Assembly (NCBI GenBank): GCA_041497895.1
Contig: JBGQHJ010000094.1
Span: 1 to 19,906 of the forward strand
Direction of reading: 5' to 3'
Length of the DNA stretch: 19,906 bases
From: Candidatus Methylomirabilia bacterium
GTDB lineage: Bacteria; Methylomirabilota; Methylomirabilia; Rokubacteriales; CSP1-6
Shown: positions 7,135 to 16,595 of the stretch, one piece after another
Numbering within the stretch: the first letter of the stretch is position 1
Layout: each line of letters starts with the position of its first letter
Made by a program: the position numbers and the translations under genes
Notes under the pieces: generated by a model
What the model was told of the DNA's origin: nothing
Databases searched by the model: none
What the model saw: the letters and a program-made list of their open reading frames with translations, nothing else

Positions 7135-9465
7135 GTGACCTCGCCCCCACCGCCCCGATATCTCGGCGCCCACGTCAAGCGCCTGGAGGACCCGCGCCTC
7201 CTGGCCGGGCAGGGGCGCTACCTCGACGACCTCACGCTTCCCGGGCTGCTCCACGCGGCCTTCGTGCGCAGCGCCCACGCGCACGCCCTCGTGCGCTCGG
7301 TGCACACGGAAGCGGCGCGCCGGGTTCCGGGCGTGGTGCTGGTGCTGACCGGCCGGGACCTCGAGGGCGAGGTGGCGCCGCTCGTCCCGCGGCTCGAGTC
7401 CCCGGACTTCACGCCCACCGCGTGGCCCGCGCTCGCGACCGCGCGCGCGCGCTTCGTCGGCGAGCCGGTGGCCGTCGTCGCGGCGGCGACGCCCTACGCG
7501 GCGGCCGACGGCGCCGCCGGCGTCGCGGTCGACTACGATCCGCTGCCCGCGGTGCCGGATGCGGCGGCTGCGCTCGCGCCGGGTGCGGCGCGCCTGCATG
7601 CCGGGCTGCCCTCCAACGTGCTCTTCGGGCGACGGAGCAGCCAGGGTGACGTCGAGGGGGTGTTCGCGGACGCGCCGGTGATCGTCCGCGAGACGTTCAC
7701 GCACGCGCGCTGCTCGGCCTCGCCGCTCGAGGGCCGAGGGCTGATCGCCCGCTGGGAAGGCGGGACCCTGACGCTCTGGACCGGCACCCAGGTGCCCCAC
7801 GTCTTCCGCACCGGCGTGGCGCGCGCCTTCGGCCTTCCCGAGTCCCGCGTGCGGGTCATCGTGCCCGATACCGGGGGCGGTTTCGGCCAGAAGATGCACG
7901 TGATGCCCGAGGACCTGGCGGTGGCCGCGCTCGCCCGGCGCGCGGGGCGGCCGGTGAAGTGGATCGAGACCCGGCGCGAGAACCTGGCCGCGGCGACCCA
8001 CGCCCGCGAGCAGCGCGTGGAGATCGAGGCCGCCGCCGACGCCGACGGCACGCTGCGCGGCCTGCGGGCGCGGCTCGTGTCGGACGTGGGCGCCTACCAC
8101 GTCTATCCGCTGACCGGGGCGCTCGAGGCGCTCGGCGCCGCCTCCATCCTGCCGGGCCCCTACCGCACGCCGGCCTACGCCTTCGAGATCGTCGCGCTCG
8201 CCACCAACAAGCCGCCGCTCGGTGCCTACCGCGGGGTGGGCATGACCATGGGTGCCTTCGTGATGGAGCGCACGCTCGATCTGCTCGCGGATCGGCTCGG
8301 GCTCGACCCGGCCCTCGTGCGGCAGCGCAATTTGATCCCGCGCGACGCGTACCCGTTCACCTCCGCGACCGGCTTCGTCTACGACAGCGGCGATTTCCCC
8401 AAGGCGCTCGAGGCCGCGCTCACCCTGGCCGGCTACGAGCGGCTGGTGCGCGAGCGCGAGGCGGGCCGCGCGCGGGGGCGGCTGCTCGGCATCGGGATGG
8501 CGTGCTACACCGAGTACACCGGCATCGGTTCCGAGACCTACCGCCGGCGCGGCATGGCGGACATGCCGGGACCCGAGGCCGCGACGGTGCGGGTGGAGGC
8601 CGACGGCGGCGTGACCTGCCTCGTGTCGTTCCCGTCGCAGGGGCAGGGGCACGCCACCACCACCGCCCAGTTCGTCGCCGACCAGCTCGGCGTGCCGCTC
8701 GAGGCGGTGACGGTGCGGCAGCCCGACACCGACGAGGCGCCGCCCGGCACCGGCACCTTCGCGAGCCGCGGCGCCGTCGCGCAGAGCGGTGCGGCGGACG
8801 CGGCGGCGGCGACGGTGCGCGGCGCGCTGCTGGCGGTGGCGGGCGAGCTGCTCGAGGCGAGCCCGGCCGACCTGCTGCTGGCCGACGGCGTGGTGCGGGT
8901 GCGCGGCGTGCCCGATCGCGGCGTGACGGTGGCGGAGGTGGCGCGGCGGGCCCACGCGAGCGCCGTCGGAGGCGGCGCGCGGCTCGAGGCGACGCAGCGC
9001 TTCGATCCCCCGGGACCCGCGTTCTCGGGTGGGGTGCACGTGGCCTCGGTCGAGGTCGAGCCGGAGACCGGCCGGGTCGCGGTGCGCGACTACGTGGTGG
9101 TGGAGGACTGCGGGCCGGTGATCAACCCGATGATCGTGGAGGGGCAGATCCACGGCGCGGTCGCCCAGGGGATCGGCGAGGCGCTCGGCGAGCGGCTCGT
9201 CTACGACGAGAGCGGCCAGCTCCTGACCGGCACCCTGATGGACTACGCGCTGCCGACGGCCGCGAGCCTGCCCGCGTTCACGGTCGGTCACCTCGAGACG
9301 CCGTCGCCGCTCACCCCCGGCGGCTACAAGGGGATGGGCGAGGGCGGCACCATCGGCGCGCCCGCCGCGATCGCCAACGCGGTGGCCGACGCGGTCAAGC
9401 CGCTCGGCGCGGCGGTGACCGCGCTGCCGATCCAGCCCGCCGAGCTGGTCCGACGCGGTGGATAG
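7135..9465 (+). CDS. Xanthine dehydrogenase-family molybdopterin-binding large subunit (CoxL/CutL-like, not form I CO dehydrogenase)
   Basis: RLEDPRLLAGQGRYLDD, GGGFGQK, AYRGVG active-site loop, SQGQG, GTFASRG, GQIHGAVAQGIG, DYALP and KGMGEGG (catalytic Glu). GTG 7135 chosen because the upstream part of track ORF 6874..9465 overlaps the LLM gene; the start is uncertain. Confidence 0.9.
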   Translation: MTSPPPPRYLGAHVKRLEDPRLLAGQGRYLDDLTLPGLLHAAFVRSAHAHALVRSVHTEAARRVPGVVLVLTGRDLEGEVAPLVPRLESPDFTPTAWPALATARARFVGEPVAVVAAATPYAAADGAAGVAVDYDPLPAVPDAAAALAPGAARLHAGLPSNVLFGRRSSQGDVEGVFADAPVIVRETFTHARCSASPLEGRGLIARWEGGTLTLWTGTQVPHVFRTGVARAFGLPESRVRVIVPDTGGGFGQKMHVMPEDLAVAALARRAGRPVKWIETRRENLAAATHAREQRVEIEAAADADGTLRGLRARLVSDVGAYHVYPLTGALEALGAASILPGPYRTPAYAFEIVALATNKPPLGAYRGVGMTMGAFVMERTLDLLADRLGLDPALVRQRNLIPRDAYPFTSATGFVYDSGDFPKALEAALTLAGYERLVREREAGRARGRLLGIGMACYTEYTGIGSETYRRRGMADMPGPEAATVRVEADGGVTCLVSFPSQGQGHATTTAQFVADQLGVPLEAVTVRQPDTDEAPPGTGTFASRGAVAQSGAADAAAATVRGALLAVAGELLEASPADLLLADGVVRVRGVPDRGVTVAEVARRAHASAVGGGARLEATQRFDPPGPAFSGGVHVASVEVEPETGRVAVRDYVVVEDCGPVINPMIVEGQIHGAVAQGIGEALGERLVYDESGQLLTGTLMDYALPTAASLPAFTVGHLETPSPLTPGGYKGMGEGGTIGAPAAIANAVADAVKPLGAAVTALPIQPAELVRRGG

Positions 9466-11470
9466 CCCGGCCGCCGTCGCAGGCGAAACGGAGGCGGCGC
9501 GGCCGTCCCGCTGGGGCGCGGTCGTCCAGGTCGTGGTGCTGGCGCTCGCCGCGATCTTGCGCCTGTGGCGCCTTGATCAGAACGGCTTCGACAACGAGTA
9601 CTACGCGGCGGCGGTGCGCAGCATGACGGCCGGCTGGCACACGTTCTTCTACAACTCCTTCGACCCGGCCGGCTTCGTCTCGGTCGACAAGCCGCCGCTC
9701 GCGCTCTGGATCCAGGTGGCGAGCGTCAAGGTGTTCGGCTTCCGGCCGCTCGCGGTGCTGCTGCCGCAGGTGCTCGAGGGGGTGGCCGCGGTCGCGGTGC
9801 TCTCGCACCTGGTGCGGCGTCACTGGGGCCCGGTGGCGGGCGTGCTGGCCGGCCTGTTCCTGGCCCTCACGCCGATCGCGGTGGCGGTGGATCGCTCCGG
9901 GAACACCGACACCGCGCTCGTGCTGGCGGTGCTGGCCGCGTCCTGGGCGCTCCTGTCGGCCGCCGAGCGCAGCCACCGCGGTTTGCTGCTGCTGGCCATG
10001 GCGCTGATCGGCATCGGCTTCAACGTGAAGATGCTGGCCGCCGTCGTCGTTTTGCCGACGTTCGCGCTGGTGTACTGGCTGGGCGCGGCGGGATCGTGGC
10101 GGAGCCGCGCCGCCGACCTGGCCCTCGGAGGTCTCGTCCTGGCCGCGGTGTCGCTGCCGTGGATGATCGCCTACGATCTCACGCCCGCCGCGCAGCGTCC
10201 GTACGTGGGCAGCAGCCCGCAGAACTCCATGATCGACCTCGCGGTGGGCCACAACGGGGTCGGCCGCTTCGTGCGCCTCTGGCAGACCGGGCGCACCGCG
10301 CAGGCCGAGGCGACGGCGCGGCGGCGGGCGGCCCCGCGCGCGCCCGCCGTTGCGACGCCCGCCGATGGCTACGCGCGGCTCTTCGTGCGCGCGCCGGTGG
10401 GCCCGCTGCGGCTCGCGGACGGCCAGCTCGCCGCGCAGGCGGAGTGGCTGCTGCCGCTGGCCCTCGTCGGCGCGGCCGGGTTGTGGCGCGGCGGCCACCG
10501 GCGGCCGCTTGCCCCCGCGCAACTCGGCCTGCTCCTCTGGATCGGCTGGGCGCTGACCTACGCGGTCGTGTACAGCTGGGCGGGCGGGATCTTCCACTTC
10601 TACTATCTCTCGACGCTCGGGCCGCCGCTCGCCGCGCTGGCCGCGGTCGGGGTCGTGGACCTGTGGCGCCGCTACCGCGAGGGCGGGGCGCCGGCGGTCG
10701 CGCTTGCCGGCGCCCTGCTCGTCACCGCGATGTGGCAGACCTACGTGCACACCACCGGGCTGCCGGTGGTCTCGGACGAGTGGCAGCGCCGGCTGCCGAT
10801 CTGGACCTTGCTGGCGGTGGCGCTCGCGGCCGGCGCGCTCCTCGTGCGGCTGCTGCGCCGCGGCGAGCGTCCGGGGGCGGGCGCACCCGAGCGGATCGCG
10901 GTCGGGGTGGGGCTGGGCGCGCTGCTGCTCATGCCGGCCGCGTGGGCGCTCAGCAGCGTGCTGGTGCGCGGGGTGGCGGTGATCCCGTCCGCCGACATCG
11001 GCCGGCTCCGCTCGCCGTCGCCCACGCCGACGCTCCGGGCCCGCGCCCGCTTGGGGGAGACCGCCGATCGACATCAGCTCATCGCCTTCCTCCAGGCCAA
11101 CCGCCACCGCGAGCGCTTCCTGCTGGCCACCCCGAGCGCGCAGCTCGCCTCCCCGCTCATCGTCGCCACCGGCCTCCCGGTGATGGCGATGGGCGGCTTC
11201 CACGGTCTGGATCCGATCCTCACCCCGGCGCGCCTCGCGGCGCTCGTGGCCGAGGGGCAGGTGCGCTTCGTGATGCTGGGCGAGCTGTCGATCGCCAGCC
11301 GCCTGATGGGCGCGGAGGCCGCGGGGCGCCCGCTCGCCGACTGGATCCGCACGAACGGCACGCCGGTGGACTCGACCATGTGGAGCTCGCCGTCCGGAGG
11401 CATCGGCTGGCCCACCCGGCGGGAGCTCTACGATCTGAAACCCGGCCCGGGACTCGTCCCGGCCTCCTGA
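9458..11470 (+). CDS. GT-C fold membrane glycosyltransferase, family 39/83 (ArnT/PMT, YkcB-like)
   Basis: Polytopic hydrophobic protein with DNEYYAAAVRSM, FFYNSFDPAGFVSVDKPPLALW, GFNVKML, RPYVGSS, FHFYY and a C-terminal PVMAMGGFHGLDP domain. Overlaps the upstream gene by 8 nt. Confidence 0.85.
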   Translation: MDSPAAVAGETEAARPSRWGAVVQVVVLALAAILRLWRLDQNGFDNEYYAAAVRSMTAGWHTFFYNSFDPAGFVSVDKPPLALWIQVASVKVFGFRPLAVLLPQVLEGVAAVAVLSHLVRRHWGPVAGVLAGLFLALTPIAVAVDRSGNTDTALVLAVLAASWALLSAAERSHRGLLLLAMALIGIGFNVKMLAAVVVLPTFALVYWLGAAGSWRSRAADLALGGLVLAAVSLPWMIAYDLTPAAQRPYVGSSPQNSMIDLAVGHNGVGRFVRLWQTGRTAQAEATARRRAAPRAPAVATPADGYARLFVRAPVGPLRLADGQLAAQAEWLLPLALVGAAGLWRGGHRRPLAPAQLGLLLWIGWALTYAVVYSWAGGIFHFYYLSTLGPPLAALAAVGVVDLWRRYREGGAPAVALAGALLVTAMWQTYVHTTGLPVVSDEWQRRLPIWTLLAVALAAGALLVRLLRRGERPGAGAPERIAVGVGLGALLLMPAAWALSSVLVRGVAVIPSADIGRLRSPSPTPTLRARARLGETADRHQLIAFLQANRHRERFLLATPSAQLASPLIVATGLPVMAMGGFHGLDPILTPARLAALVAEGQVRFVMLGELSIASRLMGAEAAGRPLADWIRTNGTPVDSTMWSSPSGGIGWPTRRELYDLKPGPGLVPAS

Positions 11471-11483
11471 GAGGAGACAGCGC

Positions 11484-12284
11484 ATGGGCTTCACGAGGAC
11501 GCGCGTTCGCGGTATCCGGCGGTGGTGGCTCGCGGTGGCGCTGGCGGCCGCCGGGCTGGGCTCGGCCTGGGTCACGCCCGCCCGCGCCGACGACCTGAAG
11601 GTGTTCAGCGCGGGCGCGGTCCGCGCGATCGTGACCGAGCTGTCGGAGGCCTACCGGCAGGAGACCGGACAGGGGGTGGCGCTCTCGTTCGGGACGGTCG
11701 GGGTCACGCGCGGAAAGCTCGCGAGCGGCGAGCCGGTCGACGTGGTCATCATGACCGACGTGGCGGTGGACGACGTGATCCGCCAGGGCGCGGTGGTGGC
11801 GGGCAGCCGCACCGACATCGCCCGTACCGGGATGGGCGTGGGGGCCCGCGAGGGCGCGCCGCGACCCGACATCTCGACCCCCGAGGCCTTCAAGGCCACC
11901 CTGCTCGCCGCGAAGTCGCTGGTCTACGTGGATCCGGCGCAGGGCGCGACGAGCGGCATCCACTTCAAGAGCGTGCTGGAGCGGCTCGGCATCGCGGACG
12001 CGGTCCGGAGCAAGAGCCAGCTGGTGCCGGGGGGCTATCCTGCGGAGAAGGTTGCCAGCGGCGAGGCCGAGCTGGTGGTGCACCAGATCAGCGAGATCGT
12101 GCCGGTCAAGGGCGTGGTCATGGTGGGGCCGCTCCCCGCCGATCTTCAGAAGATCACGGTCTACTCGGCGGGCCTGGCCGCGCGCAGCGCGCACCCGGCG
12201 GCGGCGCGGGCCTTCGTGGACTTCCTGACGCGGCCGGCCTTCAAGGCCAAGTTCGCGGCGGCGGGCCTCGACTACAAGCCCTGA
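11484..12284 (+). CDS. ModA-fold (PBP type 2) periplasmic binding protein with a cleavable signal peptide
   Basis: GAGGAG at 11471-11476. Basic n-region, hydrophobic h-region and ARA|DD signal peptidase I site. Motifs SAGA, PDISTPEAFK-TLL-AKS, DP-GATSG-HF, VASGEAE, QISE-V-GV-VGPLP-LQ-T-Y. Confidence 0.82.
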   Translation: MGFTRTRVRGIRRWWLAVALAAAGLGSAWVTPARADDLKVFSAGAVRAIVTELSEAYRQETGQGVALSFGTVGVTRGKLASGEPVDVVIMTDVAVDDVIRQGAVVAGSRTDIARTGMGVGAREGAPRPDISTPEAFKATLLAAKSLVYVDPAQGATSGIHFKSVLERLGIADAVRSKSQLVPGGYPAEKVASGEAELVVHQISEIVPVKGVVMVGPLPADLQKITVYSAGLAARSAHPAAARAFVDFLTRPAFKAKFAAAGLDYKP

Positions 12285-12327
12285 GCCTCGCGGGGGCCGC
12301 CCCGGGCGCGGCCCGCCGCCGGGGCCG

Positions 12328-12336
12328 TGGTATCGT
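12328..12336 (+). promoter_or_regulatory. Putative extended -10 promoter (TG-G-TATCGT) for a leaderless lgt transcript
   Basis: TGnTAnnnT pattern in otherwise very GC-rich intergenic DNA, 7 nt upstream of GTG 12344, with no Shine-Dalgarno sequence. Confidence 0.5.
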
Positions 12337-12343
12337 GCTCTCC

Positions 12344-13189
12344 GTGTTCGCCTCACCCGGCGCCATCGCGTTCCATCTCGGGCCGCTCACGGTCCGCTGG
12401 TACGGCATCCTCATGGCCAGCGCCATCCTGGTGGGCTTCTGGCTCGCCCAGCGACGGGCGGTGGAGGAGGGGCTCCCGGCGGACGAGCTGTTGCGGGCGT
12501 CGCAGTGGGCGGTGGTGGCCGGGCTGGTGGGCGCGCGCCTGTACGAGGTGATCTTCAACTGGGACTACTACGGGCGGTTCCCGGAGAAGATCATCGCGGT
12601 CTGGGAGGGGGGCCTCGCGATCCACGGCGGCCTCATCGTGGGGCCGCTGGTGGGGATCCTGCTCGCCCGCCGGTGGGGAGTGCCGATCCGGCGCGCGCTC
12701 GACGTCATCGCGCCGAGCATGGTGCTGGGGCAGGCCATCGGGCGCTGGGGCAACTTCTTCAACGAGGAGGCCTTCGGGGCTCCGACCGATCTGCCCTGGA
12801 AGCTCTACATCTCGCCGGATCACCGCCCGCCCGACCTGCGCGCCTTCGAGTACTTCCATCCCACGTTCCTCTACGAGTCGCTGTGGGATGTGCTCGTGTT
12901 CGCCCTGCTCGTGTGGTGGGTGCGCCGCCGGGTCAGGGGGCACCCGGGCGCGGTGTTCTTCTCCTACATCGGGCTCTACTCGGTGGGGCGGTTCCTCATC
13001 GAGGGGCTGCGTCTCGACAGCTTCTGGGTCGGCTCGCTGCGAGTGCCACAGCTGGCGAGCGTGGCCGGGGTGCTGGTCGCGGTGGGAGGCCTGCTGTGGG
13101 TGATGCGCATGCCCGTCGAGCCTTCCCCGCCGCCCGCCGCGGCTACGGGTAGAGCCCCCGGGACACGTGGGCGTCGGCGACCCGGCTGA
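12344..13189 (+). CDS. lgt: Prolipoprotein diacylglyceryl transferase
   Basis: C-terminal part of track ORF 11522..13189. RWYG, GARLY, WEGGLAIHGG, GRWGNFFNEE signature, HPTFLYE and RFLIEGLR motifs. Start GTG 12344 (alternative GTG 12335). Confidence 0.95.
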   Translation: MFASPGAIAFHLGPLTVRWYGILMASAILVGFWLAQRRAVEEGLPADELLRASQWAVVAGLVGARLYEVIFNWDYYGRFPEKIIAVWEGGLAIHGGLIVGPLVGILLARRWGVPIRRALDVIAPSMVLGQAIGRWGNFFNEEAFGAPTDLPWKLYISPDHRPPDLRAFEYFHPTFLYESLWDVLVFALLVWWVRRRVRGHPGAVFFSYIGLYSVGRFLIEGLRLDSFWVGSLRVPQLASVAGVLVAVGGLLWVMRMPVEPSPPPAAATGRAPGTRGRRRPG

Positions 13190-14414
13190 CCCCCTCCATC
13201 AGCGCGCCGGTCCTGAGATCCACCCCGTTCTTCTGGGACGTCTGCCAGACGCGCGTGAACGCGCGCGCCATGATCTCCTGCAGGCGCGAGATGATCTCGC
13301 TCTCCTTCCAGAAGTAGTACTGCAGGCCCTGGACCCACTCGAAGTAGGAGACGACCACCCCGCCCGCGTTGCACAGGATGTCCGGGATCACGGTCACCCC
13401 CCGGTCGCGCAGGATCACGTCGGCCTCCGGGGTGGTGGGGCCGTTGGCGCCCTCCGCGATGATGAGGGCCTTGACGCGATCCGCGTTGCGCTCATTGAGC
13501 ACCGAGTCGACCGCGGCGGGGATCAGGACGTCGCAGGGCTGCTCGAGGATCTGGTCGTTTCCGATCGCCTCGCCGCCCGGGAAGCCGGCCACGCTCCCGG
13601 TCTCGGTCACGTAGGCCTGGAGCTGCCGCACGTCGATGCCGTTCGGATTCCACACCCCGCCCTTGAAGTCGCTGACGCCCGCGATGGTGCACCCGTCGTT
13701 CCACAGCAGGCGCGCGGCGGTCCCGCCCACGTTGCCGAAGCCCTGCACCACGATCTTCTTGCCCCGCAGCTCCCGGCCCAGGCTCTTGGCCGCCTGGTAG
13801 AGCACGAAGACGATGCCGCGCCCGGTGGCCTCGCGGCGACCGGCCGAGCCGCCCACGATCAGCGGCTTGCCGGTCACGACGCCGGGCACGCTCTTGCCCT
13901 GGGTCATCGAGTAGGTGTCCATCATCCAGGCCATGGTCTGCTCGTCGGTGCCCAGGTCGGGGGCGGGGATGTCGATGTCGGGCCCGATCATGAGGATGAT
14001 CTCGGTGGTGTAGCGGCGCGTGAGGTGCTCGCGCTCCCGCGGCGACATCGTGCGCGGGTTGCAGCGGATGCCGCCCTTGGCGCCGCCGTAGGGCAGCCCC
14101 ATCAGCGCGCACTTCCAGCTCATCAGCATGGCGAGCGCGGTCACCTCGCCGAGGTTCACCCCCAGGTCGTAGCGCAGTCCGCCCTTGGTGGGGCCGAGCG
14201 CGGTGTTGTGGTGGACGCGGTAGCCGATGAAGACCTCGGTCTTGCCGCTGTCCATGCGCACCGGCACCGAGACCACCAGCGCGCGCCGGGGGAAGCGCAG
14301 CCGCTCGTGGATGTCGTGGTCGAGGCTGAGCCGCCCCGCCACCCGGTCGAGCTGCGCCAGCGCGGTGCGGTGCAGCTCGGAGTCGAACTCGGGGGAGTCG
14401 GTCGCATCGGTCAT
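13143..14414 (-). CDS. gdhA: Glutamate dehydrogenase (Glu/Leu/Phe/Val dehydrogenase family), 423 aa
   Basis: C-terminal part of track ORF 13143..16526. GYRVHHN, KGGLRY, MSWK, GGAKGG, DIPAPD, VTGKP, QGFGNVG, EGANGP and NAGGVVVSYFEWVQ motifs. AAGGAG lies 7 nt before ATG 14414. Confidence 0.93.
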   Translation of the reverse strand: MTDATDSPEFDSELHRTALAQLDRVAGRLSLDHDIHERLRFPRRALVVSVPVRMDSGKTEVFIGYRVHHNTALGPTKGGLRYDLGVNLGEVTALAMLMSWKCALMGLPYGGAKGGIRCNPRTMSPREREHLTRRYTTEIILMIGPDIDIPAPDLGTDEQTMAWMMDTYSMTQGKSVPGVVTGKPLIVGGSAGRREATGRGIVFVLYQAAKSLGRELRGKKIVVQGFGNVGGTAARLLWNDGCTIAGVSDFKGGVWNPNGIDVRQLQAYVTETGSVAGFPGGEAIGNDQILEQPCDVLIPAAVDSVLNERNADRVKALIIAEGANGPTTPEADVILRDRGVTVIPDILCNAGGVVVSYFEWVQGLQYYFWKESEIISRLQEIMARAFTRVWQTSQKNGVDLRTGALMEGVSRVADAHVSRGLYP

Positions 14415-14416
14415 GG

Positions 14417-16582
<2,166 letters not shown>

Positions 16583-16595
16583 GCCCGCGGCGGCC

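Noticed and set aside
7135..9465. Aerobic CO dehydrogenase (coxL form I)
   Set aside because: It lacks the AYxCSFR Cu-binding loop and there are no coxM, coxS or coxDEFG genes.
11484..11590. Tat signal peptide (GIRRWW)
   Set aside because: It does not match S/T-R-R-x-F-L-K well; a Sec signal with an Arg-rich n-region is the simpler reading.
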